DNA from: Tubiluchus corallicola
Lineage: Eukaryota; Animalia; Priapulida
DNA length: 64,000 nucleotides
NCBI GenBank assembly: GCA_030141605.1
Contig: JAQGDQ010000049.1
Span: 682,001 to 746,000, forward strand
Direction: 5' to 3'
The notes below the pieces were generated by a model that worked only from the letters and a program-made list of their open reading frames with translations, was not told the DNA's origin and ran no database searches. The position numbers were made by a program, and so were the translations under genes. Positions 1 through 13,490 of the stretch are shown here, one piece after another; position 1 is the first letter of the stretch, and each line of letters begins with the position of its first letter.

Positions 1-1654
1 TTCGTGGAAGTCCGAAACCGCAGGGTCAGCACCAATATCCAGCAGACTTTAGATCTCTGGAGACATAAGTGAGCGTATTTATCTAGCAACAATAATGATT
101 TCTACTAGAAAACTGGTTACGTCAGAGTGACTATATACATTTCGAAGAAACTTCCATTGAAAGCATTTTATATAAGCGCTAGCAGACGGAGCATCTACTT
201 CAAAAAGGCAGGGGCCATTTGGAGTTTGACCTCTTACTACTAAACCGACTTTCACACTTTCCATTTAAACCGGAGACATCGCTGAAGTTCCACATCCGAG
301 TTCCACGTTCTCTACGTTTTTGGTTAATGAGGTTACCATCTTGCGTAATAGTAATAATAGGCACCTGTAAACTGCACAGTGGTTCACAGTGAAATCTCCG
401 TGCGACATTGGTGCAAAAGCTTCATCCTAGGAACCACTAATTCCCATAAACTTGGTTTCAAGCTGATTAATACAGTCTTTAGCCACCAGCAGCATCCAAC
501 CATTAAGTTATCATTTAGCACTATTTTCGTTAGATCGTCGAAAGATCGCGTGGCAAATCGCAGTTTAGAATATTCTTATGAACTAATATTCTTGCAAATA
601 CAGTGATAAAATAGTCTCCGGACTTCTGTCTCGAGTTCGAGTCCGGCTGTCAACACTAGCTAGGATATATATATAAATATATATATACTTTGTGTTACAG
701 AACTAAAAAAACAAACAAAACCAAACATAAAATTCAATATATAACTGCAGACATTTCTACAAACCTTTAAGATCTCCCACGTGCAAACAGCTTTTTTCAA
801 TCCCTCGTGTTGAATGCCGACAGCAGCTGAAACTGTTAAAACATTACAGAAACAAATTATTGCAGCCCGTGGGATAAAATAACGCTAAAGTTATTATCGA
901 CAAAATTGCCGAGTTTTTAATTGCGGCAATATTTTTCTGTTTATAAAAGTTGCATTCACGGGTGCCTTTAACATGTGATTTGTGTAAATCGCATTTTTCT
1001 TTTGAAAACCATTGTACGAGAACGATACATACATCATCATAAGGGGTGTCAGGAAATGTTTGACCCCTACAGTACACAAGAAATCAAGAAACAAAATGCG
1101 CACTGTCATGACTGCTACAGTGCTGCGTTTATATAAAAGTGGAAAGTAACATCATCTCGACCACACGTAAAAAACTAAAAAAACTTTTTATTCTGAAAAA
1201 AGAAATTCGACGCAAAACAAACCTGTTTGCCAACTGCATGTGCGTAACGTACTTAGGTTTTAAGATAGAGCACACATTTTGCGGTGAAGTTTCTGATCAT
1301 GTAGTCTGGTGATTTATCTCGCGTTTTCTCGCTCAAAGTGAAAACGTGAGGTGGATAATTTGTATTCTTTTGTGTCGCGTGGAAATTTGTTGAAAATCAG
1401 TGCGAGATTTCTAGAGTGCAAGCAAAGTATGTGCAGTTTTAATGATTTGATTGTTAATTGCATTTTAACACTATGTATACTTATTACTGTACGGCGTGTA
1501 TATTATGAGTCATTTTCTTAAATTAACTTTATAAAAATCATGTAGTCAGCAAGAACAATGTGTTGTAAAAAATCTGCGTAAGATTTTCGTATTCTAATGA
1601 CTAGTTAGGATTAGGCAGAGGCACAGAGACAATATTAGCACACAAAAAACTAAG

Positions 1655-1798
1655 AGAAGTATCGTACATTTTAAATTGGTTTTCCAAGCCTGGTTGATTT
1701 CCGCATTCGCCAGACGACGTTAGAAGGTTTCTTTGTGTATTTCGTTTGTAACAGTTTTTGCATTCAAACACTGCATGAACGCATCGTTTCAAAAACAC
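1655..1798 (-). mobile_element. Possible piggyBac transposase C-terminal Cys-rich domain relic
   Basis: KRCVH..ECKNCYKRNTQRN..GECGNQPGLENQFKMYDT resembles C..CYK...R.....C..C...PGLC...CF..YH of piggyBac transposases, with some cysteines lost. Confidence 0.35.
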
Positions 1799-2658
1799 AA
1801 TAAATCATTTTGTGGAAATTGTTTCGTGCACAGACAAACGTAAATATCGACTCTCCGTGGGACTAAATGCTCTGCTTCGTTAATGACCCTTGAGGAACGC
1901 CAACTTAGATTTCCCCTTCCCGTCCATTTTAATTAACTGGTTTCTTCAGTAGAAGTTCTTTGCTCATTACTCTAGACATTGAAAGTTGAATCCAGTTTCA
2001 CCAGAGTTGCAGACAATTGATAATAAAGTCCAGGCATTACACAATCATTCGAATGACACACTTTTTTCTCTTGGATCTTAACTCCTGGTGAGTGTTGACG
2101 GTGATACCTTCGCGGATCACTGCACTGATTCTCGGATCAAAGCTCGGGCAACTCTTGAATCAGAGCATCTCCTAATCATAGCTCCTCTGGGCACCTCTTT
2201 GATGAAAGTAACTCTCAGATTATAAGACCTCTCAGTCACAGCACTTCCCTATTCACAGGTTCTTCCCTCTTGAGCCACAGCGCACTCGATTTATACAGAT
2301 TTTCTCTTATTTATTTATATTTGTTGTTTGTATATATTTCGAGTTTAGCGAAGTAACATGCGGGTAATAATAATCGGGACCACCTTTGAAATAGGTATTT
2401 AGTTGCTTAAGGTGTTATCCCTGGACTATGTCCTATAGGAAATTATTATTATATTTCGTAATCCAGCTTTTCTCGGACTACAAACAATTTTCGGATCAGC
2501 ATCACTTCTGGGGCAGTACACGTACCACTCGTACCTCTCGATCCTCCCGATAAACAATGTAGATGAAAGACTAAAATAGATATAAGATAATTCCTATCGA
2601 GAAGTATATAGATTATAGAAAAACTCCTTTGGTACACCGGATTGTAACATGTGAATCA

Positions 2659-2790
2659 ATGCCAGCTAAATTAAAGCAAATGTTTAATAGGAAAATTACA
2701 CAACATAACACGAGACAATCGGAAGGAGGCCAACTTTTATTATCAAAACCAAGAACAGACTATGAAAGGGCAAGATTACAATATTCTACA
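2659..2790 (+). mobile_element. L2/Crack-group LINE C-terminal fragment
   Basis: It translates MPAKLKQMFNRKITQHNTRQSEGGQLLLSKPRTDYERARLQYS, matching the HNTR..LPKPRTDY motif after the RT of CR1-group LINEs. Confidence 0.6.
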
Positions 2791-5186
2791 ATAATACAAC
2801 AATAATAATGCCAATAATATCAATGCTAATATTAAGTTTAAATCGTCAGAAGCACAGCTTGAAAGTGCTTTACTACAAACACTTTTAAGTTCGTCGAATA
2901 TATATTGCTTTTAATCTAAATAGCAATCATAAATTTTAGATGAACTACAGATTTTTTAGGATTATAATTACGTTTTAGAATATTATAGATTTGATTTTTA
3001 GCCATAGCGCTTTTGAATAACCACTATAGAGCTTAGTTTACTTTTAGTATTTTCTTTAGGTTTATGTTGTTTTTTTAGTTTTATTCTACAAATTTGATCT
3101 TATCCATATTTTTATACATTAGCCATAGCTGATATTTTGTGCTTGATTTACAGCCTTGGTTTGGGTAAACAGCGTCGTGGTTCATAATGAGAAACGTCGG
3201 TGGCCATCAGACTTACCATTTTTTGCCCCAGTTACATTAAGTGAGACACACAAGTTACAGCTTAATTTTTCAACTACCTACTTCTAGGTTCTTACGGAAG
3301 TTCATCTTACTTAATGTCTCTAAAGCACCTGCAATATTGCCCTGCCACTACGTAAATTTCATTAACTAAAGTTTAATGAAAACCTGACCCAATTTATACA
3401 ATTATAATACAATTATTATTTTTAAGAACGGTGAACTTTTAACAATTATTACCACAGGAATCTGATTTGACGTTCGCGCGGCTTGTTCTTCGCTGTTACA
3501 TACTTTTCGAAATTCGCTAGTTAGATGGGCACTAACGCGTGCATCTTGAAAACGCGTTGCAGAAAAAACAGCCGCTGTACTACTCAGTTCAGTTATGACG
3601 CAGTGCACACGTTCGAGAACTCGTATACTAGTACAGCGTGAAAATTTAAATTTAAATTTTTAAACTTTAAATTTGCCGAGTTTTTGTGTATGAACTCAGT
3701 GTTGAACAGTAACACTGAACTTCAATTTTCAATTTTTCAAAAACATACAACACGCTCGTGGTCGTGGAATGTTTGTGCCGTTAAGAATTACGTTCAGTTG
3801 TGATGTCATCACTAACTGGGCTCAGTGGTCGTTAATTGAGTGTTTAGCGTCTTCTTTAATTAACAGCAGCACTTTGGAAGCATTATAGGTCTTAAACTAT
3901 ATATTTTTTATCATACTTCAAAATTGGGTAGGGTATGAAAAATCCTTCAAGGTTTCAAGTGATGTTTGCGATTTTCGTACCTTTCGCTGCAGTAGGGTAT
4001 GCAATTTCTCTGCATTATGACAAATTTATTCGCAAACTGTATTCCTTTGAGCCGTTAGGGTAATCATTAAAAAAGTCTCACCCATTATCTTCTTTGCCTG
4101 CAGTTGCAAATGTCTGCAGAAACAACTAAAAACTTACAGAAAATTAGAAAATACGAAAACATTAAATTTTCCCACGGCGGTCATATAATACCTTGTCTAC
4201 GACGCAATGTTCGTTTATCTCTTACCAACAGTAATGGAAGCGATAGATTTCGCAAAACAGAATAGAACTCATAAGATGAATTTTGTAGTTGCAAGACAAT
4301 TTGACTACGAGAAAAATTTGATATTAGAACTTGAACAGAGAATATTTGCGTTCCTTTATAAATATTTCACCGTCTATAAAATCGAATTACATTTTAAAGG
4401 AAGCGGTGGCGGCGTTGGCATTGACGGTGGTGATGGTGGTAGCGGCAGTGGCGTCGTGTTGGTGGTGAAAATAAGGGTTACTGGGCCATAAGTAAAGTCC
4501 ACCAAAAACTAAACCAAAATATCTAAAAGCGAAGCAGAAAAGCAAACCAGAGTTCTTGAGTGTTTATTAAACATGTATTTCTGACTGTTTTTCTAAGCTC
4601 GTGTAATATGCTGTCAAGATTAGTGCACTTTGTCAAAGTTTAATATGTGTTGCAAACGTGAACGTCTGCATGATGACAAAGAAACAAAGAAAAAGTGACA
4701 AACTGAATGGCATCACGGAGGTAGAATTTCGTTTCACTAACAATTGTCAGAAGTTATTGCATTCGCGCTCCTCGCGGATATTATGCTCTTTGCAATTGTT
4801 TATTTACGAGTAAAACGCAGAGACTGGGCAACAAGAAGTGGCATTGGTACTGCGACAATTGATGATAATCAGAAAGTGACATTTTTTATAGAATTCAGAA
4901 CACTGGAATGCGCAGACTAGCATTTAATGGCTTATTTGGCACATCGAAACTGTGGCCAGACTTGAGCTTGCACTTATCAAGATGAGCTGCTGATCAGTAG
5001 ACGTGTCTTACACACTTCCGAATGTCTTAGCTACGAGGTAAACAGTCAGAATCAGTATGGCGAAAGAAATACCCACAGCGAGCATTGAGCCCGACACAAT
5101 TCACTGGCCAGACTCGGATTTATATTCCTTCAATCGCAAGTACATGTTTGTTGACTACTCTACTGGTCATCCAGACATAAAAACGA

Positions 5187-5310
5187 TTATGACGATGATG
5201 ACAACGACGACGAATACGACACTGAAGAAGATGATAATGGTGGCGGTGAAAGTGATGATGATTATGATGACGACGATGAAGACGAAGACGACGCCGACGA
5301 TTATAATCAC
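5187..5310. repeat. (GAT/GAC)n low-complexity tract
   Basis: Degenerate trinucleotide repeat. Similar tracts occur at 7468-7560, 8815-8900 and 63460-63670. Confidence 0.8.
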
Positions 5311-5944
5311 TAGTATTGCCAATATTTAAAATTGTCATAATTTGAACTTTTATTGAACAAGATAATGTGCTTTTCATCAAATTTACCCAGAAATATAATA
5401 CTCTCAGCTTTTACTTAAAAATGTCACTCGTGAGAGTGTAGGAAGGAAGATTTTTCATTTTGAGTAAATGCTGTCGTTTCTTTCGACACTGTCTCTCTGT
5501 TTTCCTATCAACGTCAAAAGATATTAGAACTTTTCTTCGCGGATTCAAGCTTTTATTGGCAAAATGCTACATTGCGTCTAGTTAATAAGGTTAGTTTTTT
5601 CTTAACTCTTACTGAAAAGCAAACAAAGACACATCACCCATGGATTCACAGTTTAGAGAGGGGGAAACAGAAGAGAGGCAAAAAGACATGAGGTGGGCTG
5701 TTTGTTGGACTGCTAGACGCTTTGGCGATTGAAACACTGTAATAAATGTTAAAAAGGCGCTCTTAACGCAGAATTGATTATAAGCGTGTTAAAAACACGA
5801 ATCGAATGAAATTCACGTTACCTTCATTTTGGTTAGGATTTTCTTGCCTTGTGTCACATGTCGCGTGTTAGATGTAACATGCTTGTCTGTGTGCGTAGGA
5901 ATCAACACCTTCAGTTTTACTTGAGGAACTATTTTACTAGAGAT

Positions 5945-6085
5945 ACTGGGCGTGTATACGCCTCCTGTCTAGTTTTTTCCGGTTTTAGCTATGATCTGGG
6001 CGTGTATCTGTAACCTGTCCACTTGACTCAATTTTCTCCAGGTTATAGCCCAGAACTGGACGTGTATCTGCTTCCTATCCCAGGT
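5945..6085. repeat. Three diverged 50-60 bp tandem units
   Basis: CTGG(G/A)CGTGTAT....CCT(G/A)TC recurs at about 5946, 5996 and 6056. Confidence 0.6.
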
Positions 6086-7891
6086 CAAGTATGTGAGAAA
6101 CCTAGTAAAATTTCCTTTGAATTAAGATTTTTGTGTAGAATGTATTTGTGTTGATTTTGCAGTGCGCTTTGGTGTTGAGCTGCTGCCAGTACAACATTTA
6201 TCTTAAACGTAAGCGTGGATGTCAAACAACAATTTTACTTCTCGAATAGTTTCAAGTTTTTTCTGCTGAATGTGCGCACTGACAAACGTATATGAACGCA
6301 AATGTTATGAACGAAAATTTCCAATATGTAAGATGTTGCGAACGCAGATTAGATTTTTGTTTTTTGTAAATATTTCAGAACTTTTAATCTTTTAGCTCTT
6401 TACAAAAAAAAGGGAGAAAGCAATATTGAGCCACTAAGAACCATGGTGTTTTAAAGTTAAAGTCCACATTTCGCGATGTGCAAATATATATTTTAACATT
6501 ACACGAACATTTAACAAGTGATATTTACAATGATTATACGGGAAAAAACGATTACATGATAATGACGATGCGAATAAATACAGCGAAATGCTACGTTTTA
6601 GGCAGAGAAAAAATAGAGTTAACTACTGTGTATGAGCCATTGGCTACATTAAATTAACGGCTACATCAAAATGAGCATGAGTGAAACAATTTACATACAC
6701 ACTACAAAATACAATTATAATGACTTCATACTGAGAACTGGCTACGGATTATCCTCGACAAGGAGGGGTGTAGTGCCATAACGTGATGGTATGACATCCC
6801 ACGCTAGCTAGGAAAATTTGGCAAGATTATAACTATATATACCTTCTGAGAACGGCCTATATGCAAGTGATTACACGGCTAATTGAGAATGAATCCAAAA
6901 CTAGTTTACATAGAATTTAATGTATACTATGAAACAGGTTTGCAAGGGCAGATCTATGCAACCACGAATAAACACTTTTACTCGAGAAGCGCCATACTGG
7001 CGTTGTTCTCGACATAAGATTTGAAGAGTCCATATCTTTTTCTGGTAATGGTCACATCATTGTAACTTATTACGCGAGCGGTATAGCCTTCATTAACCTA
7101 GTAACATTTGTCCCGCCGCTGGCATATCTACTTCAATCAGCCACATAATTATTATTTGTACAAGTATAGAGAACCGCCGTAAGGTTAGTATTAGATGAAA
7201 GTGCGCTGTCACTCATATTCAGTTTGCCTTAGTCGCCTTCATGGTTCGTTTTCACTAGAATTAATAAGCTATGTATATTATATTACAGTCGTAATTACAC
7301 AGAATCTTTGGTGAGCTCGTTTATTTTGCTGGGCCATAAGATGTAGATTACAACTTAACAAGTATTTGGTTAGATATCACTGAGCGGTTTGGTGTCACCA
7401 GAACTCTGAATTAATTTAAACAAATCTAAAACTTGTCCAACATATGAAAGTGTTGTTAACATATATGCCATCATCATCATCATCATCATCATCATCTTTA
7501 TCACCATCGTTATCATGGTCTTTATCATTGTCATCATCGCTGTTATCATTACCAACATCACCAACCAAATGTTTTGCTATTATGAAGCTGCTCGAGACAT
7601 TGTTAATAATCTATTTTATTGCATGCGCAATTATTATAATAATGAAATAACTAATAAGCTAAGACTAAAAGAACTGAATTTCTACAAGGAGAGGGTGAGA
7701 TACAAAATCCAACAAATGTTTATTCTTTATGGACTCTGTATTTTGTATGGTGTTTATACTTACGTAACAGTTTGATTTACAAAATCGTGCGAAAGTGGAT
7801 CAAGATCATTCGTTATGCAATCACAAACAATCCATAACATGCCTAGAAAGGCCTGACGATAAGTAACACCATCCATATTGTCCACGAGATG

Positions 7892-8380
7892 ACGAGAAGA
7901 AAGGGGACCACACAGAATGTAACCACAAGAAGAAATTTGGAGCCCAGAATGGAACTACGATGAGAAAGAGCATCTCACAGAATGCATCTGCGAGAAGAAA
8001 TCGCACCTCGCAAAATGGTACACGAAACGAAAGGGCACATCACTGAACGGAACAATGAGAAGAACTGACAACTCACAGAATAGAACTACGGAAAGAAATA
8101 ACACCTCACAAAATAAAACTACGAGAAAAAATATCACCTCACATGATGGAACAACAAGAAGAAATGACACCTCATGGAATGAAACCACCAGAACAAAGGG
8201 CATCTCATGGAATGGAACTACGAAAAGAAATGACCCTTTTAGAATGAAACCACAAGAAGAAAAAAAGGCTTCACAGAATGGAACCACGAGAAAAAAGGGT
8301 AGCTCGCAGACTGGAAGCACGGGAAGAAAAGGGGACCTTACAGAATAGCACAGCAAGAGGAAACGGGATGCCACGGAGAG
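7892..8380. repeat. Diverged 33-bp minisatellite, about 15 units
   Basis: Consensus is approximately ACGAGAAGAAATGACACCTCACAGAATGGAACT. It explains the repetitive ORFs 7955-8374(-) and 8055-8348(+). Confidence 0.9.
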
Positions 8381-10789
8381 GGCGCTTAACGTAAAGTAGA
8401 CGGCGTCTCCCGTTTTCTGATTTGGACGAATGAGAGATTCTGTCTATTTTATTTTTGGCGTCAAAATTCTACGCAGTAATTGGAATTGATGGACTTGCTT
8501 CAAACCTCTAGCGATTTCGTTCAATTTGTTTGCCTTTCGAATGTGTGGTATGCAGGAGAAACTGGATGAAAGCTGATGTTTCAAACCCGGCATAAGCATG
8601 CCATCTAAGACTTGGATAAAACGGGTAGCGAAGCTTAGCTCGAGGTGTATATGCTGTGGCCATTCTGTTACCGAAACTTAGTCAATGTTTCTACCAATAA
8701 CTAATGTCCATAGTATCTACCGATGTATGAAGCTATACCCAAAAGTTAACTAATCAGACCTCTCTCGAATTACGATTTGGGTCACAATGAAACCAGAAGT
8801 GTCATGACGCTCATCGCCGCCTCCGCTGCCACCGCCACCGCCACCGCCACCACCACCACCACCACCACTGCTAGCGTCATCATCATCATTATCATTATCA
8901 CCAAAATGAGCAAATGTATGGTATTAAATGGAGATGTGGTGTAAAATTTGCATTTTGTCTCTGGTTTGCAATGTGAAAGACAAATTCTAAGCTTCAGAAA
9001 ATCACGATGAATAACGGTTATTTAATTCATTAACGCGTCAAAAGAAGCAGCATCATTTCTTCGACGTATTTCCTGCGTTCGTCGATTTTTCGGTGCTTAG
9101 ATGCAGTAACAGCTGCCATATTATTTGGAAGGTAATTACGGCATTTCACGAGAAATCGTAGGTGTAATGTATATTGAAGGTGCGACTCACTGCGAAAGAC
9201 GACGGTTTCTCAGGCGGGCAGGTAAAATCAAATAAAAGAAAACAAGCGACTAATGATGTGAAAAAAGGTGTGATGATTTTTGAAGTCTGACGATTACGTA
9301 ATGAAGCCATGTTAATGGAAAGCTAGGCAATTATAAGAACATAATTAAATCCACATCCAGCTACCTTATATGATAGCCACTTAAAATCTTGTTCTCTGTG
9401 GGTTACCTCACGTCCGCATATACATACGTAAGCATTAAAAACACCGAATGAATTCATATCCAAATCCGCGAGCATGACCACGCTTATCATTTGACTATGC
9501 CTGGTCCAACGCGCAGTTTATTTATACTCATGTTTGACAGACAGCTTGCCTCGATTTTCATATTTTAACTTTTCTCTCTGGCCCTTAAATAATCCAGCTT
9601 TTCTAACAACTCCAGGTGTCTACCCTGCAAGTTTCGTGACCCAACCCTGATACGTGTGCTATTACAGTTTGAGAAGTATGTTTTAAAACAGACACTAATA
9701 TACCAGTACGTAACTTGTATGTTACCTACTGACATACTAGTAGTTCATATACACGTACTAACTTTTTGCACTTGCAATAATTTAAATTTATTATGTTAAC
9801 GTACTGTACATAATATGTTTTTTTAATTATGACTGTGTTGTTCACGTAAATGACTATACCGCTGTGGGCTGCAAGAAAGCCAAACTCACAATAACTCACG
9901 AATTCCCGTAAAAACAATATTGCTACAGGAACCAATGTTGGAAAAGGAGCGTCGTGGCTTTATGCGCCTCCTACAGCGGATAGAACTAAGTGCTAACTGA
10001 TAAGTGGTACTGCTGTACCGTTCAGATGCATTGCATACATAATGTCAGAATAAACTATTACCAATCCTTATGTTACAATGTTTAGCAATGTAACCTTCTG
10101 AGAGTCCAGTAAGTGCTTCAAAATTACGTTTTGCCAAAAGAAAATTTAATATTGTCGTCATCAGTAAGTGTTTACAACGTTACTTTATGGAGACTATATC
10201 ACCACGCTTTCAGCATAACTTTATATACCCCTAAAATAAAACTTGTTATCCTCGCAAATATGGCATTGCAGTAAATCAGATCGAAATTACATTCAGCTTT
10301 ATAGTCCCGGGATTACTATGGACACAATCTTATGCTTTAATTCCTAGAGAGGTTTAAGAGAAGCCAGTGATGACGTCACAGTACCGAAGATGGAAATTGC
10401 TAAATCATTGGACCGCCGCTGAGTTGCTTTATTCGCTGATGGCAACCCTTTATCGCCCGGTGGCAACCTTTTTATCATGCATACCACTTGAGTTAAAAGC
10501 CACTAGTCATTCTTTTGCCCAGAGCGATATAGAATATAAAACAGACGCAAAGGGGAAGTTTACTGTGTGTGCAAATGTTTCATTGAATTGCTGGAACAGC
10601 ATAGTTATTCAAGCGGCGTAAAAACAATATCAAATATGACATGCTGAAAAGCGCGCGCGCTATGGCAGTTTCTAGGAGATTACTTTCATTAAAAGCTTTT
10701 CCATTTGTTACCGTTTGTATGGCTCTTTTGTGTTTCATGTTTGACTGTAGTATCGCATATCACAAGCGCTTGATCATCATAATGAAGCA

Positions 10790-11100
10790 AATATCGATCT
10801 GCGTTACACTAAAAAACTGGACGACCATGTGTGTAGGAGGACACAAATTTCTTTGATATGTGTGCCCAATGCCGTTAAAATGTGGTACTGGTATGGGCGA
10901 TGATGACAAAGAGCAATTGACAAAAGAGGAGAGAGAGTTATGCAGTACCACAAGGGAATTGGGCAACCAAACTGACTTAACATACTATCACGGATGGACA
11001 GATTTGGGAGGTGTTCAATAATCTTACCTATGTCATTTAATGTCATGGATCAGTTTTCTTGAAGTTTTGTGCTCAGTCTCCTCCTAAGGCTTTAACCCTA
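10790..11100 (-). mobile_element. Decayed CR1-like ORF2 C-terminal fragment
   Basis: Translations SIRDSMLSQFGCP and GHTYQRNLCPPTHMVVQFFS resemble the CR1 C-terminal SVT.ML..LGW.L and H...R...Y..SFF motifs. Confidence 0.4.
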
Positions 11101-12040
11101 CGTGGTTGAAACTGACATTTGCGATATATTAGGGTGATCTAATACACAGCGCTAAATAAGTTACTTCTGTGAGTGGAACTGACAAGTCAAAATGCAATAT
11201 TTGCGGCCCTAAAAGTACGTTGGCCAAAATTTTTGTGTTACAAAGTAGCTACTTGACACTTGACAGTAGTGTACCTGTATTCTAGTGAATAGTGATTGTG
11301 AGTTAAAAGGTCAACTGGTCAATTTATCATGCCCTGAAAAAATGCACATTTATGACACTACAACAGCTCTAACAAAGAATAGTAATGATAAAACCCACCA
11401 TGAGAGATAACAGCAGCAGTAAGAAATCAGTAAGCGTCAACTATAAAACACACGCGCACGCGCGCGCGCACACACGCACATTATAGGACTTTATTGGACT
11501 TTATTGGTGTGGTTTGATTATCTTTGATTTCACTGTTCATTTTTATTCTTGAAACAATGTTCATTGCAGGATTCAGGAAATTATACTTCTATTTGTTCAT
11601 ATTTGCATACATTGTAATATATGCGCCATAAATTGTTATCATGCACTTGTGTGATACTGGCAAAATGAAAGATCATATTCTCATTTCTCCAATTTCGTTT
11701 AATGAAATTTTTACTAACTCTCCCAAATTCCTTTTTACATTTTGCAGTAAGCATTACACCATTCTCTCTGCTATCTCATAAAACGAGTTTGTTCTTTTGA
11801 AGTTCAGCTATCAATGTTTACGTTCTTTGCTGACAAGAAGCTTTTAGCACCTGAAGGCGACGCTTTTGTGATATCTAGAAGGTGCGTCACGGAGACCATG
11901 GGGAATTTCTGTAAATATCATATTATCCTCTCTGCATGTAACAAAACAAACTACGCATGCGCCGATGCGTTTAAAATAATATCACAGAAAAATCTAGAAA
12001 AATTAAATTAAATGGGTTTATATATAGTGGGCTGTTTGGT

Positions 12041-12584
12041 TTAAGGAAAACACAAAGTTCTTAGACTGTTGGGTTTATTCTACTGTTATCACTTAAACTT
12101 AGAAAAAATAACAAAGAAATTTGCAAAAACTTTCTATGAAACATGAACTTAATTTATACTGTCGCTGTTTAGGAATTTTCCGATGCGGTGGTAGCCGCCA
12201 TTCGCTCGAAAATTATGACGTAATCGCGGAGTTCGTGACATTTTGTAAGCGCAATGTGACTTTCCTTGCATAAACGAATTCAAGTTTTTACAGCTTACTT
12301 AGTGTTCGTGCAAAAATATCACAAAATTAAGTGTCTAATTTTTCAGAAAACTTGTTATACTTCTAACACAAATTTACAGTGCACTGCTTTCCTTCAGCCT
12401 ATGAACGACATCTTTGGAGGAAAATGGCGTTCGAAATGGAAGTGCCTACGAAATGATCGCGACTTTAAAAGTGGTTATACTAATTACACAAGACGCTTGT
12501 CACACTTTTATAACTAAATTCTTCTAACATTTTTCACGAATATAAATAACTCTAATTTCCCAGAAGGCTTGGTTTCTCCTTTAA
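12041..12584. mobile_element. Non-autonomous TTAA-target DNA transposon (Kolobok-like MITE)
   Basis: It begins TTAAGGAAAACACAAAG and ends CTTGGTTTCTCCTTTAA, giving imperfect terminal inverted repeats bounded by TTAA. Confidence 0.5.
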
Positions 12585-12989
12585 GCAGAATGGCATCGAA
12601 AAAAAGTGTTAAAAACAGTGAAGTGCATGGTCCTGTTTCTGCTGAATTATATTAGGAGGCATAGTCCCTGTGTATTATGCAGATTCCTAAAACCGACTAT
12701 AAATAAAGTTTGTTTGTATGTATGTAAGTAAGCATGTAACAATCTAGTGGCGCTCTAGTAACTTATTTATTCTTGAGTTTTGAACATTTTGAAGTAGTAT
12801 TTAAGTTGAAATACCACTGCAAATATAAACGAGCAAAATTTCAAAAGAAGAATTAATTAAAGCAAGAATCCCTTTTTTATAAGACAGAAAAGACCAAATA
12901 CATTAACAAATTCAGAGAAACTTATTGGGCTGCAAAATTAGCAAAAGTTTTTGCTTCCTTCAATTCCTTGGAGCATTACATGTGATTTC

Positions 12990-13490
12990 GGCGATGTGAT
13001 TACCAGTATGATCCCGGGTGAGCCGTTAGTAAACGCAGTTTGAAAGACACAACTTTAATGCCCGTAATGAAAAGACTTTGTTGATAAAAGACTTCCAATG
13101 CGTCAAAAGCTTTTGACAAGTTCAGAAAGGCCGCATGCTGTAAGCGATATGCGATATTGCTTAATGTGATGTTAAATTCGGTTGTGGCAATGAAATTCAG
13201 TTATTATTTGTTATGCTTAGTTAAGTGATCATAAAGTATGTTGTCAGATATTTTGAATATTGATGAAAAGATGGCTGAAGGCCTTCAGTTGCTTTGAGAG
13301 AGGAATTCAATCTTTCGATATTTCAATATTCAATATTTTAAAACCATTTGGAGAACCATTTGGGAGTTTAAACTGTTACCTTGAGATACAAGCACGTTTA
13401 TTAAATCACAGCATTTACCGGTTTAAAGGAGCCGTTTTGTCTTCTTCATGGATTTGGTCTGCATATTTTTTGGGGAGTTTAGCATTTTAA
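12990..13490 (-). mobile_element. Highly decayed CR1/L2-group RT fragment
   Basis: The minus strand reads AAFLNLSKAFDALE at about 13095-13135 (FLDLSKAFD motif). A degenerate PQGS-like segment lies near 13010. Boundaries are approximate. Confidence 0.55.

Noticed and set aside
7892-8380. CRISPR-like array
   Set aside because: The units are contiguous diverged repeats without unique spacers, there are no cas genes, and the context is eukaryotic.
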